DNA of 25,748 nt from Snowella sp. (GCA_035285545.1 JAYKGY010000103.1:1-25748); one strand, 5' to 3'. Counted from the stretch's first letter, positions 1 through 9,426 are shown. A program made the numbers and translations. The notes: generated by a model not told the origin, from the letters alone.

Positions 1-126
1 TAGTTTTCAAGTAAGGCTTGTTCTTCTGGCGGCATTGATAACATCGTTTTTTGCTGAGTTCTGCTTTCTCTATTCTCTCATCCCTTGCTAGCAATTCAGA
101 TGTACTACCTCAACTGGGATGCACCC
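1..126 (-). mobile_element. Probable left end of an insertion sequence (ISKra4-like), running out of the window, with the start of a putative transposase ORF (MLSMPPEEQALLEN...) at 44
   Basis: The minus strand reads GGGTGCATCCCAGTT from 126, followed about 80 bp later by an open frame (ATG at 44, second ATG at 35) that leaves the window. The terminus and the M(T/P)PEE..LL N-terminus resemble cyanobacterial ISKra4-family elements as I recall them. Not verified by search. Confidence 0.45.
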
Positions 127-332
127 AGTTTCTTGTCTCTCCAAAGAATCGCTTTGACATGAAAAAATGCTTGACGATTAACAATAGAGAGGAATTATTA
201 AAAAAAATGACCAATAATAATTCGCTTCAAAAATCTGATAGAAATTCAAACAAGGAGACAACGGTTAGGATGGGACAGTTTATAAGAGGACTGGAGGAAA
301 ACAGAATTGAACTGAGCAGGATGAATGAAGAT

Positions 333-660
333 TCATTGGAACTTGCGTTGATTTTTCCATTTGTGATAAACCCAAGGAATAACCGGATCGGACTGTTTCC
401 ACAATTCCCGTTTTAAAACTTTTGCTTTCATTTCAGCCTGATTAAATTGATTTTGAGTCCGTTTACAACCGTCAAAATATCGTCGATAAATCACAGCATG
501 AACCGTTTTTACCATTGCTAAATTGACAGATTCCTGATTGCGATAAACTTCAGCCACTGTCCGACCATCGCGATCGCGGTTTATTTCGCGCAGAGAAAGC
601 AGAGAACCAATGGGTAATAGGCTCTGAAGTTGGTTTTTAGCCGCTTCACCAAAGGGACGA
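333..660 (-). pseudogene. 5'-truncated, degenerate thermonuclease (SNase-like) remnant
   Basis: The translation PFGEAAKNQLQSLLP...REINRDRDGRTVAEVY...SVNLAMVK..HAVIYRRY...AEMKAK...LWKQSDPVIPW matches the C-terminal two-thirds of SNase-fold nucleases. The N-terminal DGDT and 'IRL..IDAPE' segments are absent, and the DRYGR motif reads DRDGR. The ORF-track start (731) lies inside the tRNA and is spurious. Confidence 0.75.
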
Positions 661-673
661 TTTAAATTTTTTA

Positions 674-745
674 AGCGGGTAACGCGATTCGAACGCGCGA
701 CATCAACCTTGGCAAGGTTGCGCTCTACCACTGAGCTATACCCGC
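674..745 (-). tRNA. tRNA-Gly (anticodon GCC), CCA not encoded
   Basis: The reverse complement GCGGGTATAGCTCAGTGGTAGAGCGCAACCTTGCCAAGGTTGATGTCGCGCGTTCGAATCGCGTTACCCGCT folds into a cloverleaf. The anticodon stem is CAACC/GGTTG with loop TTGCCAA, and the T-loop is TTCGAAT. Confidence 0.97.
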
Positions 746-754
746 ATGATCTTA

Positions 755-783
755 ATTGTTACCGAAAGTACATAATCTGTCAA
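755..783 (-). promoter_or_regulatory. Putative sigma70-type promoter of tRNA-Gly
   Basis: On the minus strand, TTGACA (783-778) is followed by a 17-bp spacer and AACAAT (760-755), ending about 10 nt upstream of the mature tRNA 5' end. Confidence 0.55.
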
Positions 784-969
784 GCACTCTGATCAATTTT
801 CTTGGCGTTCGGGAAACTCTCCGCTTAACTTTCACAGGGGGTTAAAAGTTCTTGTTTGTCAATCGTTTAAGTTGTGAAATGAGCTAATTTACCCTCGCGA
901 TCGCCTATCATTGTTATGCTTAGGGAATGGGCTGATTTTCAACCCAACCTGAGATTTTCGATAAAGACA

Positions 970-2049
970 ATGCTGACTTCTGCTGCGCCGCTTCAAAAGA
1001 CCCAACAAAAACCCCTATTGGGCCAATCCCTCGCTGAGTTAACTGATTGGATCACCCAACAGGGACAACCCAACTATCGGGGAAAACAACTCCATCAATG
1101 GCTCTACGAAAAACAAGCGCGATCGCTGATGGATATTTCGGTATTTCCGAAGCAGTGGCGCGAACAGATGCAGGATTACCCTATTGGTCGCTCTAGCATT
1201 CATTATCGGAGCGTGGCTCCTGATAAAACCCGTAAATATTTATTAAAGTTAGCCGATGGGTTAATTATCGAAACGGTAGGTATTCCCACCCAAAAGCGTT
1301 TAACCGTTTGTGTTTCTTCCCAGGTTGGCTGTGCAATGGATTGTAATTTTTGCGCGACGGGAAAGGGCGGCTTTTTACGCAATCTACAAACCCACGAAAT
1401 TGTGGATCAGGTGTTAACGGTTCAGGAAGATTTTCAGCAACGGGTCAGTAATGTGGTGTTTATGGGCATGGGTGAGCCGCTGTTAAATTTACCCAATGTC
1501 ATTCCTACGATTCATTCTCTCAATCTCGATGTCGGCATTGGACAGCGATCGCTGACTATCTCAACTGTTGGTTTGCCACAAAAAATTGATCAGTTAGCCC
1601 AAGCACAATTACAAATTACCTTTGCTGTGAGTCTCCATGCGCCTAATCAAGCCTTACGGGAACAGTTAATTCCGAGCGCGAAACATTATCCCTTGAATCA
1701 TTTACTGGCTGATTGCCGAGAATATGTAACCATTACCGGACGCAGAATCACCTTTGAATACATCCTTCTCGCAGGGGTGAACGACTTACCCGAACATGCC
1801 TTGGCGTTATCCCGTATTTTAAAAGGCTTTCAAACCCACGTTAATTTGATTCCCTATAATCCCATCAACGAAGTAGACTATCAACGACCTGATGAACAAC
1901 GCATTCAAGCCTTTGTAGACGTTCTGCAACACAATCATACTGCCGTCAGTGTTCGCTATTCGAGAGGATTAGGGGCAGATGCCGCCTGTGGTCAATTGCG
2001 AGCCGCTCATAAAAATGAAACGAAGTCAGCGATCGCGACAATGGCCTAA
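970..2049 (+). CDS. rlmN: Dual-specificity 23S rRNA/tRNA m2A methyltransferase RlmN (radical SAM)
   Basis: [18 protein letters not shown] (CxxxCxxC), [19 protein letters not shown] and the C-terminal AACGQL motif are present. ATG 970 is preferred over 916. Confidence 0.95.
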   Translation: MLTSAAPLQKTQQKPLLGQSLAELTDWITQQGQPNYRGKQLHQWLYEKQARSLMDISVFPKQWREQMQDYPIGRSSIHYRSVAPDKTRKYLLKLADGLIIETVGIPTQKRLTVCVSSQVGCAMDCNFCATGKGGFLRNLQTHEIVDQVLTVQEDFQQRVSNVVFMGMGEPLLNLPNVIPTIHSLNLDVGIGQRSLTISTVGLPQKIDQLAQAQLQITFAVSLHAPNQALREQLIPSAKHYPLNHLLADCREYVTITGRRITFEYILLAGVNDLPEHALALSRILKGFQTHVNLIPYNPINEVDYQRPDEQRIQAFVDVLQHNHTAVSVRYSRGLGADAACGQLRAAHKNETKSAIATMA

Positions 2050-2108
2050 ATCCAGCTTAAGCAGACAGTTTACAGCTTGAGTATTCCCTAAGAGCCTCAG
2101 GAGTTGAT

Positions 2109-4067
2109 TTACCAAGGATCCATAATGGATTTAAAGGGATTAATGACGGTTTTATGGGGATCTTGATCTTCATCGTCGGAAACTGGGTTGTCTGGGTGAT
2201 CTGCTTCGATCGCTTCGGGTTGGGGTTGGGATTTAACGGCCTTCTTGAAAGATGACCAATCACTCGAATCCGTTAATTCTTCATAAAGTTCTGTATCCCC
2301 TACGAGCGTCACTTCTGACAGATCAATTTCAGGAGCAACAGGACGGGCCAAGGGGCGGGTAATGGGCGGTTCTTCAGCGATCGCCTCTTTTTGAGCAGTC
2401 GCAACGCCCTTTAAGGATTGTTTCAGTTCTGTAAATGCCTGAGTAACGTTGGTGAGCGATCGCTCTAGTTGATTTAACCGTTCTTGGAATCCTTTTGGTA
2501 GGGTATTAGGCGATTGAACAATTGTTAAAGTGGTTAAAGCATCAGGAAAATGGCGGAAAAATTCTTCGAGCGTTGTCTCGCCATGCAGAACTCGATCCAA
2601 GGCCGCATTCACTAAGGTTTTCATCCCGTTATCGATCGCCGCTTGTCTGAGATGCTCGACCTGGGTGCCTTGACGAATCAAGGATTGAAGTGAGGGATTG
2701 ATGGGCAGCACTTCATAAATGCCAACTTGCCCATGATAGCCAACCCCATTACATTGGCGGCAAAGACGGCCTTTGAGTTGCAACTGCTGAATTAATTCTT
2801 GAGTAAGACTATTGGCTCGGTAGAAACTACTCGATTGGTGTTGGCGCGCAGTTAATTGTAATTGTTGCAATTCTTCAGCTTCGGGTTGATGGACTAGGCG
2901 ACAGGTCGGACACACTCGACGCAACAACCGTTGATTAATCACACCGCTCAAATGTTCGGCTACTTCCGCTGGATTGATCCACTGGCTTAATTCAGCGATC
3001 GCGCTAAAGGCATCTTTGGCATCCAGACTTGCTAATACCAGATGACCCTGTTTAACTGCGGTAAGAACAGCTTGGGCAGTTTCTAGATCTTCAATTTTTT
3101 CAACGAGAATAACATCAACCGCTTGCTGGGTAACCGATTGTAAAGCTTGAGGATAGGTTAAGCCTTGTTCGAGGTTAATTTCAACCTGAGTAATGCCCGG
3201 AAAAGTTCGTCGAATCGGATCTTCCAGGGTGATAATCGTCTTTTCCTGTTTTTGTTGTTCCCTTAAGAATGCTTCTAAGGTGGTAGAACGTCCCGAAAAA
3301 GCAGGCCCTGTCACTAAAATCAAACCTGATTTACGCTGATTGAGTCGTTGCAATACTTTTCGCGTTAATTCATCTGTCACGAAGCTCTCTAACGTCGGTA
3401 ATTCTGTTAAAGATTCCACAATGCGAACGACGACCTTTTCCCCATAAAAACTGGGTAAGGTGTTCACAAAGAAATAAACGGGACGGCTATTGTAGCTTTT
3501 GCGGAGTTTGCCTGTTTGCGGAATACTCGTTTGGTTTACATCTAATCCCACCATTCCTTTGAGGCGATTGACAACGGGACTGATGAGTTTTTTGGGTAGT
3601 GGCTCTAGGAGCGATCGCACATTTCCCCCCTGACGAATCCGCACTAACAACTTGGTTTCTTCCGGTTCTAGATAAATTTCGGTCGCTTTTTCCCGCATAC
3701 CCAGGATGAGAATCTTATTAACCAGGGTAACGATAGGAGCCTCATCTTGCTCAGGGGGATGATTTAAGTCCTCCGCCGCGGGAGCTTTAGCCGCCATAAA
3801 CGAGGGCGTTTCCTCAAAAATTTCGGTGACATCAACAACCGTTGCATCAATCCGGGACTGTGGCTCTGCTCGTTGCTCGTTTGAACCTTCTGAGTGCGGA
3901 AGCGGTCGTCCGATCATTTCTTCTAACACAACCGCAAGAGACCGACCTGAACGGCGCACTTCAATGAGGGCTTGCTGCATCTGGGGGAGGGATACTAAGC
4001 CAGAATGCATTAGCTCCTGAGCAAAAGGAGGAAGGGTGAAACCAGAAGAGTCATTGCTAAAAGACAC
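2109..4067 (-). CDS. GspE/PilB-family ATPase-like protein with degenerate catalytic motifs (PilB2-like paralogue)
   Basis: PilB architecture: APIVTLVNKIL, GEKVVVRI, TLEDPI, QRLLRRVCPTC...CRQCNGVGYHG tetracysteine, GMKTL and GETTLEE. Walker A is GPAFSGRST and Walker B is DVILVEK. Confidence 0.85.
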   Translation of the reverse strand: MSFSNDSSGFTLPPFAQELMHSGLVSLPQMQQALIEVRRSGRSLAVVLEEMIGRPLPHSEGSNEQRAEPQSRIDATVVDVTEIFEETPSFMAAKAPAAEDLNHPPEQDEAPIVTLVNKILILGMREKATEIYLEPEETKLLVRIRQGGNVRSLLEPLPKKLISPVVNRLKGMVGLDVNQTSIPQTGKLRKSYNSRPVYFFVNTLPSFYGEKVVVRIVESLTELPTLESFVTDELTRKVLQRLNQRKSGLILVTGPAFSGRSTTLEAFLREQQKQEKTIITLEDPIRRTFPGITQVEINLEQGLTYPQALQSVTQQAVDVILVEKIEDLETAQAVLTAVKQGHLVLASLDAKDAFSAIAELSQWINPAEVAEHLSGVINQRLLRRVCPTCRLVHQPEAEELQQLQLTARQHQSSSFYRANSLTQELIQQLQLKGRLCRQCNGVGYHGQVGIYEVLPINPSLQSLIRQGTQVEHLRQAAIDNGMKTLVNAALDRVLHGETTLEEFFRHFPDALTTLTIVQSPNTLPKGFQERLNQLERSLTNVTQAFTELKQSLKGVATAQKEAIAEEPPITRPLARPVAPEIDLSEVTLVGDTELYEELTDSSDWSSFKKAVKSQPQPEAIEADHPDNPVSDDEDQDPHKTVINPFKSIMDPW

Positions 4068-4169
4068 TACTCGGCACCTGGGAAAAACAAGAATTGACTA
4101 TTATTAAAGTTCCCTAGCTTAGGGTAGAAATTAACAATAGTCAATAGATAATAAAGATTTTATTTTGTT

Positions 4170-5588
4170 TTAACCTTGAGGTTGTCCCCCCGCAGCAGCT
4201 AATTGTCGGCTCTGAATGAGGCTTTCCATCGCATACTCCAGATGGGTTCCTGCATCAACCGCAACCCAACCCTTATTGGTTAAGTGTCGCCATTCAAAGT
4301 GGAGGTGAGGGCCCGTCGATAATCCCGTACTACCAACGCGACCAATGACTTCTCCTTTTTCGACTGATTGTCCTGGTTTGACGAAAATTTCCGAAAGGTG
4401 GGCATAGCGCGATTCCTGGGTTCCTTCGAGGTGACGTAGGACGACCGTTAATCCATATCCACCCATCCAATCCGCGATCGCGACTTCACCTGAATAGGAG
4501 GCTAAAACGGGAGTTCCGGTGGGGGCCCCTAAATCCGTTCCTTGGTGCATACGACCTCGACCCGTGACAGGATGAATCCGCCAACCAAAGGCTGAAGTGA
4601 TGGGAACCGCAGTCGGTAAAGGAAACAATAAATCCGTATTTCCTTGTCTAATGTCCGGTGCAGTGGGCGCGTATAGGGTTGTTGCTCGACTATATTCGGG
4701 CATAGGAGCCAACGCCAAAGAAATCCCCCGTCGGATAATGGGTTCTATACTAAAAATTTGATTGGAAGAAGGGGGAAGACCTACCCGTGAATTGCTAGCC
4801 GTTTTATTTGCGCTGGGTAAAGGATAGGAAACATTCCGATAACGTCGAGGACTATGGGACGGAGCTGTAATGGGCTGGAGTGCAATTTGACGGAGGGGCG
4901 AAACGCGAGGCGCGCGGGTCACAAAATGCTGGGCAGAAACCTTGGTTCGAGCCGCTAGACGCTGATAACGGGGGGGATAAGCACGAGCAGCCGTGACTTC
5001 ACCTGAACGCTGGCGACGAGTAGCAGAAACAGAACCACACCCCCGATTCAGGGAACCGCCTTGAACAACCGTGCGGCAACCTGTTGAACGTTCAGACAAA
5101 ACAACGGAGGGAGTAGAGTTCGTTCGATTGGATTGACCAACGGAGTAGTTAGTCGGATCAATATAACTATTTTTGCCTTGTAGAGCACTGCGAATACTTG
5201 CGGGTTGGGTATCTACAGGAGAACTGACAGGAGCGGAATTAGAAATAGAAATCTTGGGGGCAGCCAGTTTTACTCTAGGCTTGGCCACTGCGGTTCGATT
5301 GGCATTGCGGCGACGGTAGCTAGAGCGAATGGGGCGAGTTACGGCAGTCCGAATCTTGGAACGGGGGACAGTCGGGGTTTGGACGCTAGGGGCAGGGGCC
5401 GCAGGAGTGGGATCGACGAAAGACTGAGAAGGTGCCGGATCGGTCGGAATGACGAGTTCTTCTGTTGCCGTGACAGGGGCATTGAATAAGCTCATGCTTA
5501 AAAATCCGATGCCGCCAATCATGCCAAAACTGCGCTGACAGAACACTTTGAAATTCCCGACGGGATTCGCTTTCGATTTAGGGTTCAT
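4170..5588 (-). CDS. M23-family peptidoglycan DD-metalloendopeptidase with a long low-complexity N-terminal region
   Basis: The C-terminal ITSAFGWRIHP, HQGTD (HxxxD), GGYG, YAHL and GSTGLSTGPHLHFE (HxH) motifs are present. The N-terminus has a hydrophobic signal-like stretch followed by a Pro/Ser/Arg-rich linker. Confidence 0.9.
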   Translation of the reverse strand: MNPKSKANPVGNFKVFCQRSFGMIGGIGFLSMSLFNAPVTATEELVIPTDPAPSQSFVDPTPAAPAPSVQTPTVPRSKIRTAVTRPIRSSYRRRNANRTAVAKPRVKLAAPKISISNSAPVSSPVDTQPASIRSALQGKNSYIDPTNYSVGQSNRTNSTPSVVLSERSTGCRTVVQGGSLNRGCGSVSATRRQRSGEVTAARAYPPRYQRLAARTKVSAQHFVTRAPRVSPLRQIALQPITAPSHSPRRYRNVSYPLPSANKTASNSRVGLPPSSNQIFSIEPIIRRGISLALAPMPEYSRATTLYAPTAPDIRQGNTDLLFPLPTAVPITSAFGWRIHPVTGRGRMHQGTDLGAPTGTPVLASYSGEVAIADWMGGYGLTVVLRHLEGTQESRYAHLSEIFVKPGQSVEKGEVIGRVGSTGLSTGPHLHFEWRHLTNKGWVAVDAGTHLEYAMESLIQSRQLAAAGGQPQG

Positions 5589-5762
5589 GAATTTTCACAC
5601 ATTCAATTCGCGTCTCCATGATTGTAAAGGGTAATTAAAAAATTGCCAAGGCTTCTGTCGTCCAAAATACTACTCCTTTCCGATAGGGTTTTCTGTCTAT
5701 CTTTGGTTATAAGCGGCTAAGCAAGCAAGCGTCCCCTCCTTTTTTTGTTGAGAGAAGCAGGT

Positions 5763-6290
5763 TTAGGCGGAAGGGGGAAGTTTACGAATTTCGGAATAAA
5801 ATGCACTATGGCTAAAGCGATCGCCGTTTTTAATCAAGCTGGTTCGGAGGCGTAAGTTGTTACTCGCAAACCAGATCCGTTCTTCAGAGTAAAGGCTGTC
5901 GGATTCCAAAATTAAGGTTAAACTTTCGTCCGCGCCTAATAGATAACGTCCTGTTAATAAGCCAGGTTGGGGTGTTAATAATTGGCGAAAGAGTTGTCCT
6001 TTTAAACGGGATTCTTCCGAAGGAACAAATAACCAAACCGCCGCGCCCTTTTGTTTCGGTGCGCCCCAATCTCCCGAACTTTCCCAGTTCATTTTGATTC
6101 CGCTTAGGCTGGAAGAGGGGGTAAGGGTCGAGGCTTGGTAAATCCCTTGTAGAGACGGATCATCTGGACTCACTGACTCCATAATGACTTCGGATTTTTT
6201 ACTTTCGGCATTGTTGTTATGAAAGTTATAGCTGGTACGTTGAGAAAACCAGGTTCCGATACACGATTCCAAAAAAGCGTGAAATTCCAT
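5763..6290 (-). CDS. cpcU: CpcS/CpcU-family phycobiliprotein lyase (most like CpcU)
   Basis: GTWFSQRTSY, SEERIWFASNNLRLRTS and FYSEIR motifs of the CpeS/CpcS family. It lies directly downstream of an nblB-type gene. Confidence 0.75.
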   Translation of the reverse strand: MEFHAFLESCIGTWFSQRTSYNFHNNNAESKKSEVIMESVSPDDPSLQGIYQASTLTPSSSLSGIKMNWESSGDWGAPKQKGAAVWLFVPSEESRLKGQLFRQLLTPQPGLLTGRYLLGADESLTLILESDSLYSEERIWFASNNLRLRTSLIKNGDRFSHSAFYSEIRKLPPSA

Positions 6291-6335
6291 GAATAGTTTA
6301 ATTTTTCAAGGGATGTTATGCTGACTGGATCAATT

Positions 6336-7004
6336 TTAAGTTATTTGGAGTCGCTCTAAAGATAAGATTGCGGCTTGTCGGACTTGGGGATGATCGTCTT
6401 TTTCGAGGTAGTGTAAGGCGGAGAGGCTTTGGTCACAGGGTAAATTTCCTAATGCTTCGGCGAGACGTTGACGAATTAACCAATCATCGGAACTAGCAAA
6501 TTTTAGAATTTTATCTACCGCATCGATTGCTTGAATTTCTCCTAAGGCAGCGATCGCGGCTTGTTGCACAACAGGTTCGGGACTGTCGAGAGCTTGCAGA
6601 AGAACTTGTTTGGCACGAATATCTTTTAAACACCCTAACGAAACCGCCGCACTAAAACGAACTAACCATTGGGTATCTTCATAAAAGGCTCGACAAAGGG
6701 GTTCTAGGGCACGATTATCCTGGAGATAACCCAAAGCACCGGCAGCATCGGCTCGAATCCCATAATCCGGATCGGTTTCCAGCAGTTGGGTCAAAATCGG
6801 GAAACATTCTTCGGTTTGTTTGATCCCCAAAGCAAAGACAGCCATCGAGCGCACTTGCAGCACATCATCATCTAAAACTTTTTTGATTAAGGGAACCGCT
6901 TCGGCATCCGACACATTCCGCAATGAGGCCAACGCCAACATGCGATCGCGAGAATTGGTGCTTTCTAACTGAGTGGCAATTTGTTCGAGGGTTAATTGAC
7001 TCAT
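6336..7004 (-). CDS. nblB: PBS lyase HEAT-repeat protein, NblB-like
   Basis: Tandem HEAT-like repeats (VRSMAVFALG, IRADAAGALG, WLVRFSAAVSLG, WLIRQRLAEALG) typical of NblB. Confidence 0.8.
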   Translation of the reverse strand: MSQLTLEQIATQLESTNSRDRMLALASLRNVSDAEAVPLIKKVLDDDVLQVRSMAVFALGIKQTEECFPILTQLLETDPDYGIRADAAGALGYLQDNRALEPLCRAFYEDTQWLVRFSAAVSLGCLKDIRAKQVLLQALDSPEPVVQQAAIAALGEIQAIDAVDKILKFASSDDWLIRQRLAEALGNLPCDQSLSALHYLEKDDHPQVRQAAILSLERLQIT

Positions 7005-7009
7005 GGGAT

Positions 7010-7046
7010 TTCTTAACGTTTCTTAATATACCTACTCATAATTGTA
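7010..7046 (-). promoter_or_regulatory. Putative nblB promoter (-10 TACAAT) with a downstream 10-bp-period direct repeat resembling HLR1
   Basis: On the minus strand, TACAAT lies at 7046-7041 and ATTAAGAA-AC-GTTAAGAA at 7027-7010, 5 nt before the ATG. Confidence 0.4.
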
Positions 7047-7098
7047 ACGAAGAAATTAGAGAGTGAAGGATGGGATGACCGTACTAAGCTGTCTAATT

Positions 7099-8400
7099 TC
7101 AACAATCTAGCGTATGTTCTAATTCCCAAGGGCTAATACACGCGCAATAATTCTGCCATTCTTGGTGCTTGAGCTTGAGATAGGATTGGACAAACTCGGA
7201 GCCTAAACTTTCTTGCAAAATTGTATTAGCTTCCAGACAACGCAGGGCATCTAATAAATTCGCTGGCAAACGTTTGACATTGGCTAACGGGGTCGGATCG
7301 GTATAGGCATTATTGTCGTAGCGCGGGCCAGGATCACGCTGATTTTTCATGCCATCTAACCCACTCGCAATCAAGGCCGCCGCCAACAAATAAGGATTAG
7401 CAGAACCATCAGGTAAACGAAACTCAAACCGTCCAGGGTCAGGAATGCGAATAGTGTGGGTGCGATTATTGCCGGTATAACTGATAGTATTGGGTGACCA
7501 AGTTGCGCCAGAAGCCGTTACCGCCGCATTAATCCGCTTATAAGAATTAATTGTGGGATTGGTGATAGCACAAATCGCTTCTGCTGAATGTAAGACCCCG
7601 CCGATAAATTGATAGGCCAGTTTTGATAGCCCTAATTCCCCTTGAGCATTATCAAACAAATTGGTATTGCCTTCTAAGTCCCAAACCGATAGATGGGTGT
7701 GACAACCGTTTCCGGTGAGGTGGGGAAAAGGCTTGGGCATAAAGGTTGCTCGAAATCCGTGTTTTTCGGCGATCGCTTTGACCATGTATTTGAAAAAGGC
7801 ATGGCGATCTGCGGTGACTAAGGCATCGGCGTACATCCAGTTCATTTCAAACTGACCATTGGCATCTTCGTGATCATTTTGATAAGCTCCCCAACCCAGA
7901 TCCAGCATGGCATCACAGATTTCTGAGATCACCTCAAAACGACGCATTAGGGCCTGTTGGTCATAGCAGGGTTTAGATGCGCGATCGCGGGGGTCTGAAA
8001 TATCTTCCCCATTGGCAGATAATAGAAAATATTCGCATTCTACGCCCGTTTTAACTCGATACCCTAAAGATTCAGCCTGCTCAATAACTCGCTTCAATAC
8101 CAAACGAGGTGCTTGGGCTACAGGTTCACCATTCATATAAAGATCCGCAGGCATCCAGGCTACATCAGGCTGCCAGGGTAACTGAAACAAACTATTGGGA
8201 TCGGGAACGGCAAAACTATCTGCATCGGCGGGAGTCATATCCAACCAAGTGGCAAACCCTGCAAATCCTGCCCCTGTGGCCATCGTATCGATTGCGGCGG
8301 CTGGCACTAATTTAGACCGTTGAGTACCGAATAAATCCGTAAAGGAAATGAGAAAATAGCGGATTCCTTTTTCTTGGGCAAAATGGGAGAGTTTGGTCAT
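7099..8400 (-). CDS. glnT: GlnT/GmaS-type glutamine-synthetase-family ligase (gamma-glutamylmethylamide synthetase-like)
   Basis: GS metal/ATP motifs GVECEY, DHEDANGQFEMN, FMPKP, GNGCHTHLS, NSYKR, GNNRT and RFEFRLPDGSANPYL are present. GAGFAGFA replaces the FDGSS segment and SGATWSP replaces the GYEAP flap, as in the GlnT/GmaS clade. Confidence 0.88.
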   Translation of the reverse strand: MTKLSHFAQEKGIRYFLISFTDLFGTQRSKLVPAAAIDTMATGAGFAGFATWLDMTPADADSFAVPDPNSLFQLPWQPDVAWMPADLYMNGEPVAQAPRLVLKRVIEQAESLGYRVKTGVECEYFLLSANGEDISDPRDRASKPCYDQQALMRRFEVISEICDAMLDLGWGAYQNDHEDANGQFEMNWMYADALVTADRHAFFKYMVKAIAEKHGFRATFMPKPFPHLTGNGCHTHLSVWDLEGNTNLFDNAQGELGLSKLAYQFIGGVLHSAEAICAITNPTINSYKRINAAVTASGATWSPNTISYTGNNRTHTIRIPDPGRFEFRLPDGSANPYLLAAALIASGLDGMKNQRDPGPRYDNNAYTDPTPLANVKRLPANLLDALRCLEANTILQESLGSEFVQSYLKLKHQEWQNYCACISPWELEHTLDC

Positions 8401-8421
8401 GGTGATTAATAAATGAGATAA

Positions 8422-9426
8422 TCAGCGAGAAAGAAGGTCGGCGATCGCGTTGCGAATAAAGGTTTCGTCTTCAGGATTTTGATAGGGATTTCCTGCTCGA
8501 TGTCCCCAAATTGAGGGAATGACTTGATAATCAGCATTCGGGATTTTGTCGGCTTCCTGTTTGCAATCGTCAGGGGTAAAGTACAGGTCAGTTTCGCTGG
8601 GCATTACCAAGGTTTTCGCCTGAATGGAAGCTAACGCCCGTTCATAATCTTTTTGGTAAATTTCATTATCACTGAGGTCGCATTTTAACCAGGTATCCAG
8701 CATGGCAATCAGATTTCGCGGATCGCGCTTACGATAATTGGCTTCCCAACCGCGAGTTAAATAATCCTCTAAAGATTGATAACCAAACTGATAGTAAAGG
8801 CCTTCTCGATAAAACGCTTGAGACGCGGCCCAACTGGCATAAATGAGGGAAAAGGTGTGCAAACCGCGATCGGGAAACCCTTCAAATCCTGTCCCTGTCC
8901 AAGTCGGATCGGCGGTCAAAGCAGAGCGCAAACTTTTTAAGAAAATTCGATTATGGTCAGTCGTTCGAGCCGTTCCACATAATGCCGCAATTCGTTCTAC
9001 TCGCTCTGGGTAAAAAGCACCCCAATGATAGGCTTGTTGCGCCCCCATCGACCAACCGTAAACCAACGCTAGGTGCTCAATGCCAAAAACATCCCGTAAT
9101 AATTTTTCCTGAGCGCGGACATTATCCCAATGGGTAAACCAAAAGTCTTGTTCAGCTAATCCACAATCAGGGCAATTGCTAGGCGAACTAGATAACCCAT
9201 TCCCGAACATGTTGGGAATAATAATAAACCAGCGGGTGGGGTCGAGAATGCTATCAGCCCGAATTAACCACTCAATATCAGGGTGTTGCGCCCCGTAGGA
9301 TGTAGGATACAGAATAACGTTGGAGCGATCGCGGTTTAATTCGCCATAGGTTTGATAAACAATTTTTGCCTCTGGTAAGACTGCCCCGCATTGCAGTTCA
9401 AAATCTCGAATCACAAATTGATTCAT
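8422..9426 (-). CDS. Alpha/beta-fold hydrolase of the homoserine acetyltransferase-like superfamily (MekB/CgHle-like esterase branch)
   Basis: YQTYGELN, LYPTSY, PNMFGNGLSSSPSN, nucleophile elbow GWSMG, DLYF (Asp) and WGHRAG (His). It lacks the HALTG signature of true MetX. Confidence 0.8.
   Translation of the reverse strand: MNQFVIRDFELQCGAVLPEAKIVYQTYGELNRDRSNVILYPTSYGAQHPDIEWLIRADSILDPTRWFIIIPNMFGNGLSSSPSNCPDCGLAEQDFWFTHWDNVRAQEKLLRDVFGIEHLALVYGWSMGAQQAYHWGAFYPERVERIAALCGTARTTDHNRIFLKSLRSALTADPTWTGTGFEGFPDRGLHTFSLIYASWAASQAFYREGLYYQFGYQSLEDYLTRGWEANYRKRDPRNLIAMLDTWLKCDLSDNEIYQKDYERALASIQAKTLVMPSETDLYFTPDDCKQEADKIPNADYQVIPSIWGHRAGNPYQNPEDETFIRNAIADLLSR

Noticed and set aside
51..416. 121-aa plus-strand ORF
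   Set aside because: TTG start, no recognisable motifs, and it runs antisense across the probable IS end and the nuclease remnant; likely spurious.
661..731. N-terminal 24 codons of ORF 333..731
   Set aside because: These are mostly the tRNA-Gly sequence read as codons, not protein.
8422..9426. Calling this gene metX
   Set aside because: It lacks HALTG and instead has PTSY and GNGLSSS, typical of the esterase-like sister branch; there are no methionine genes nearby.
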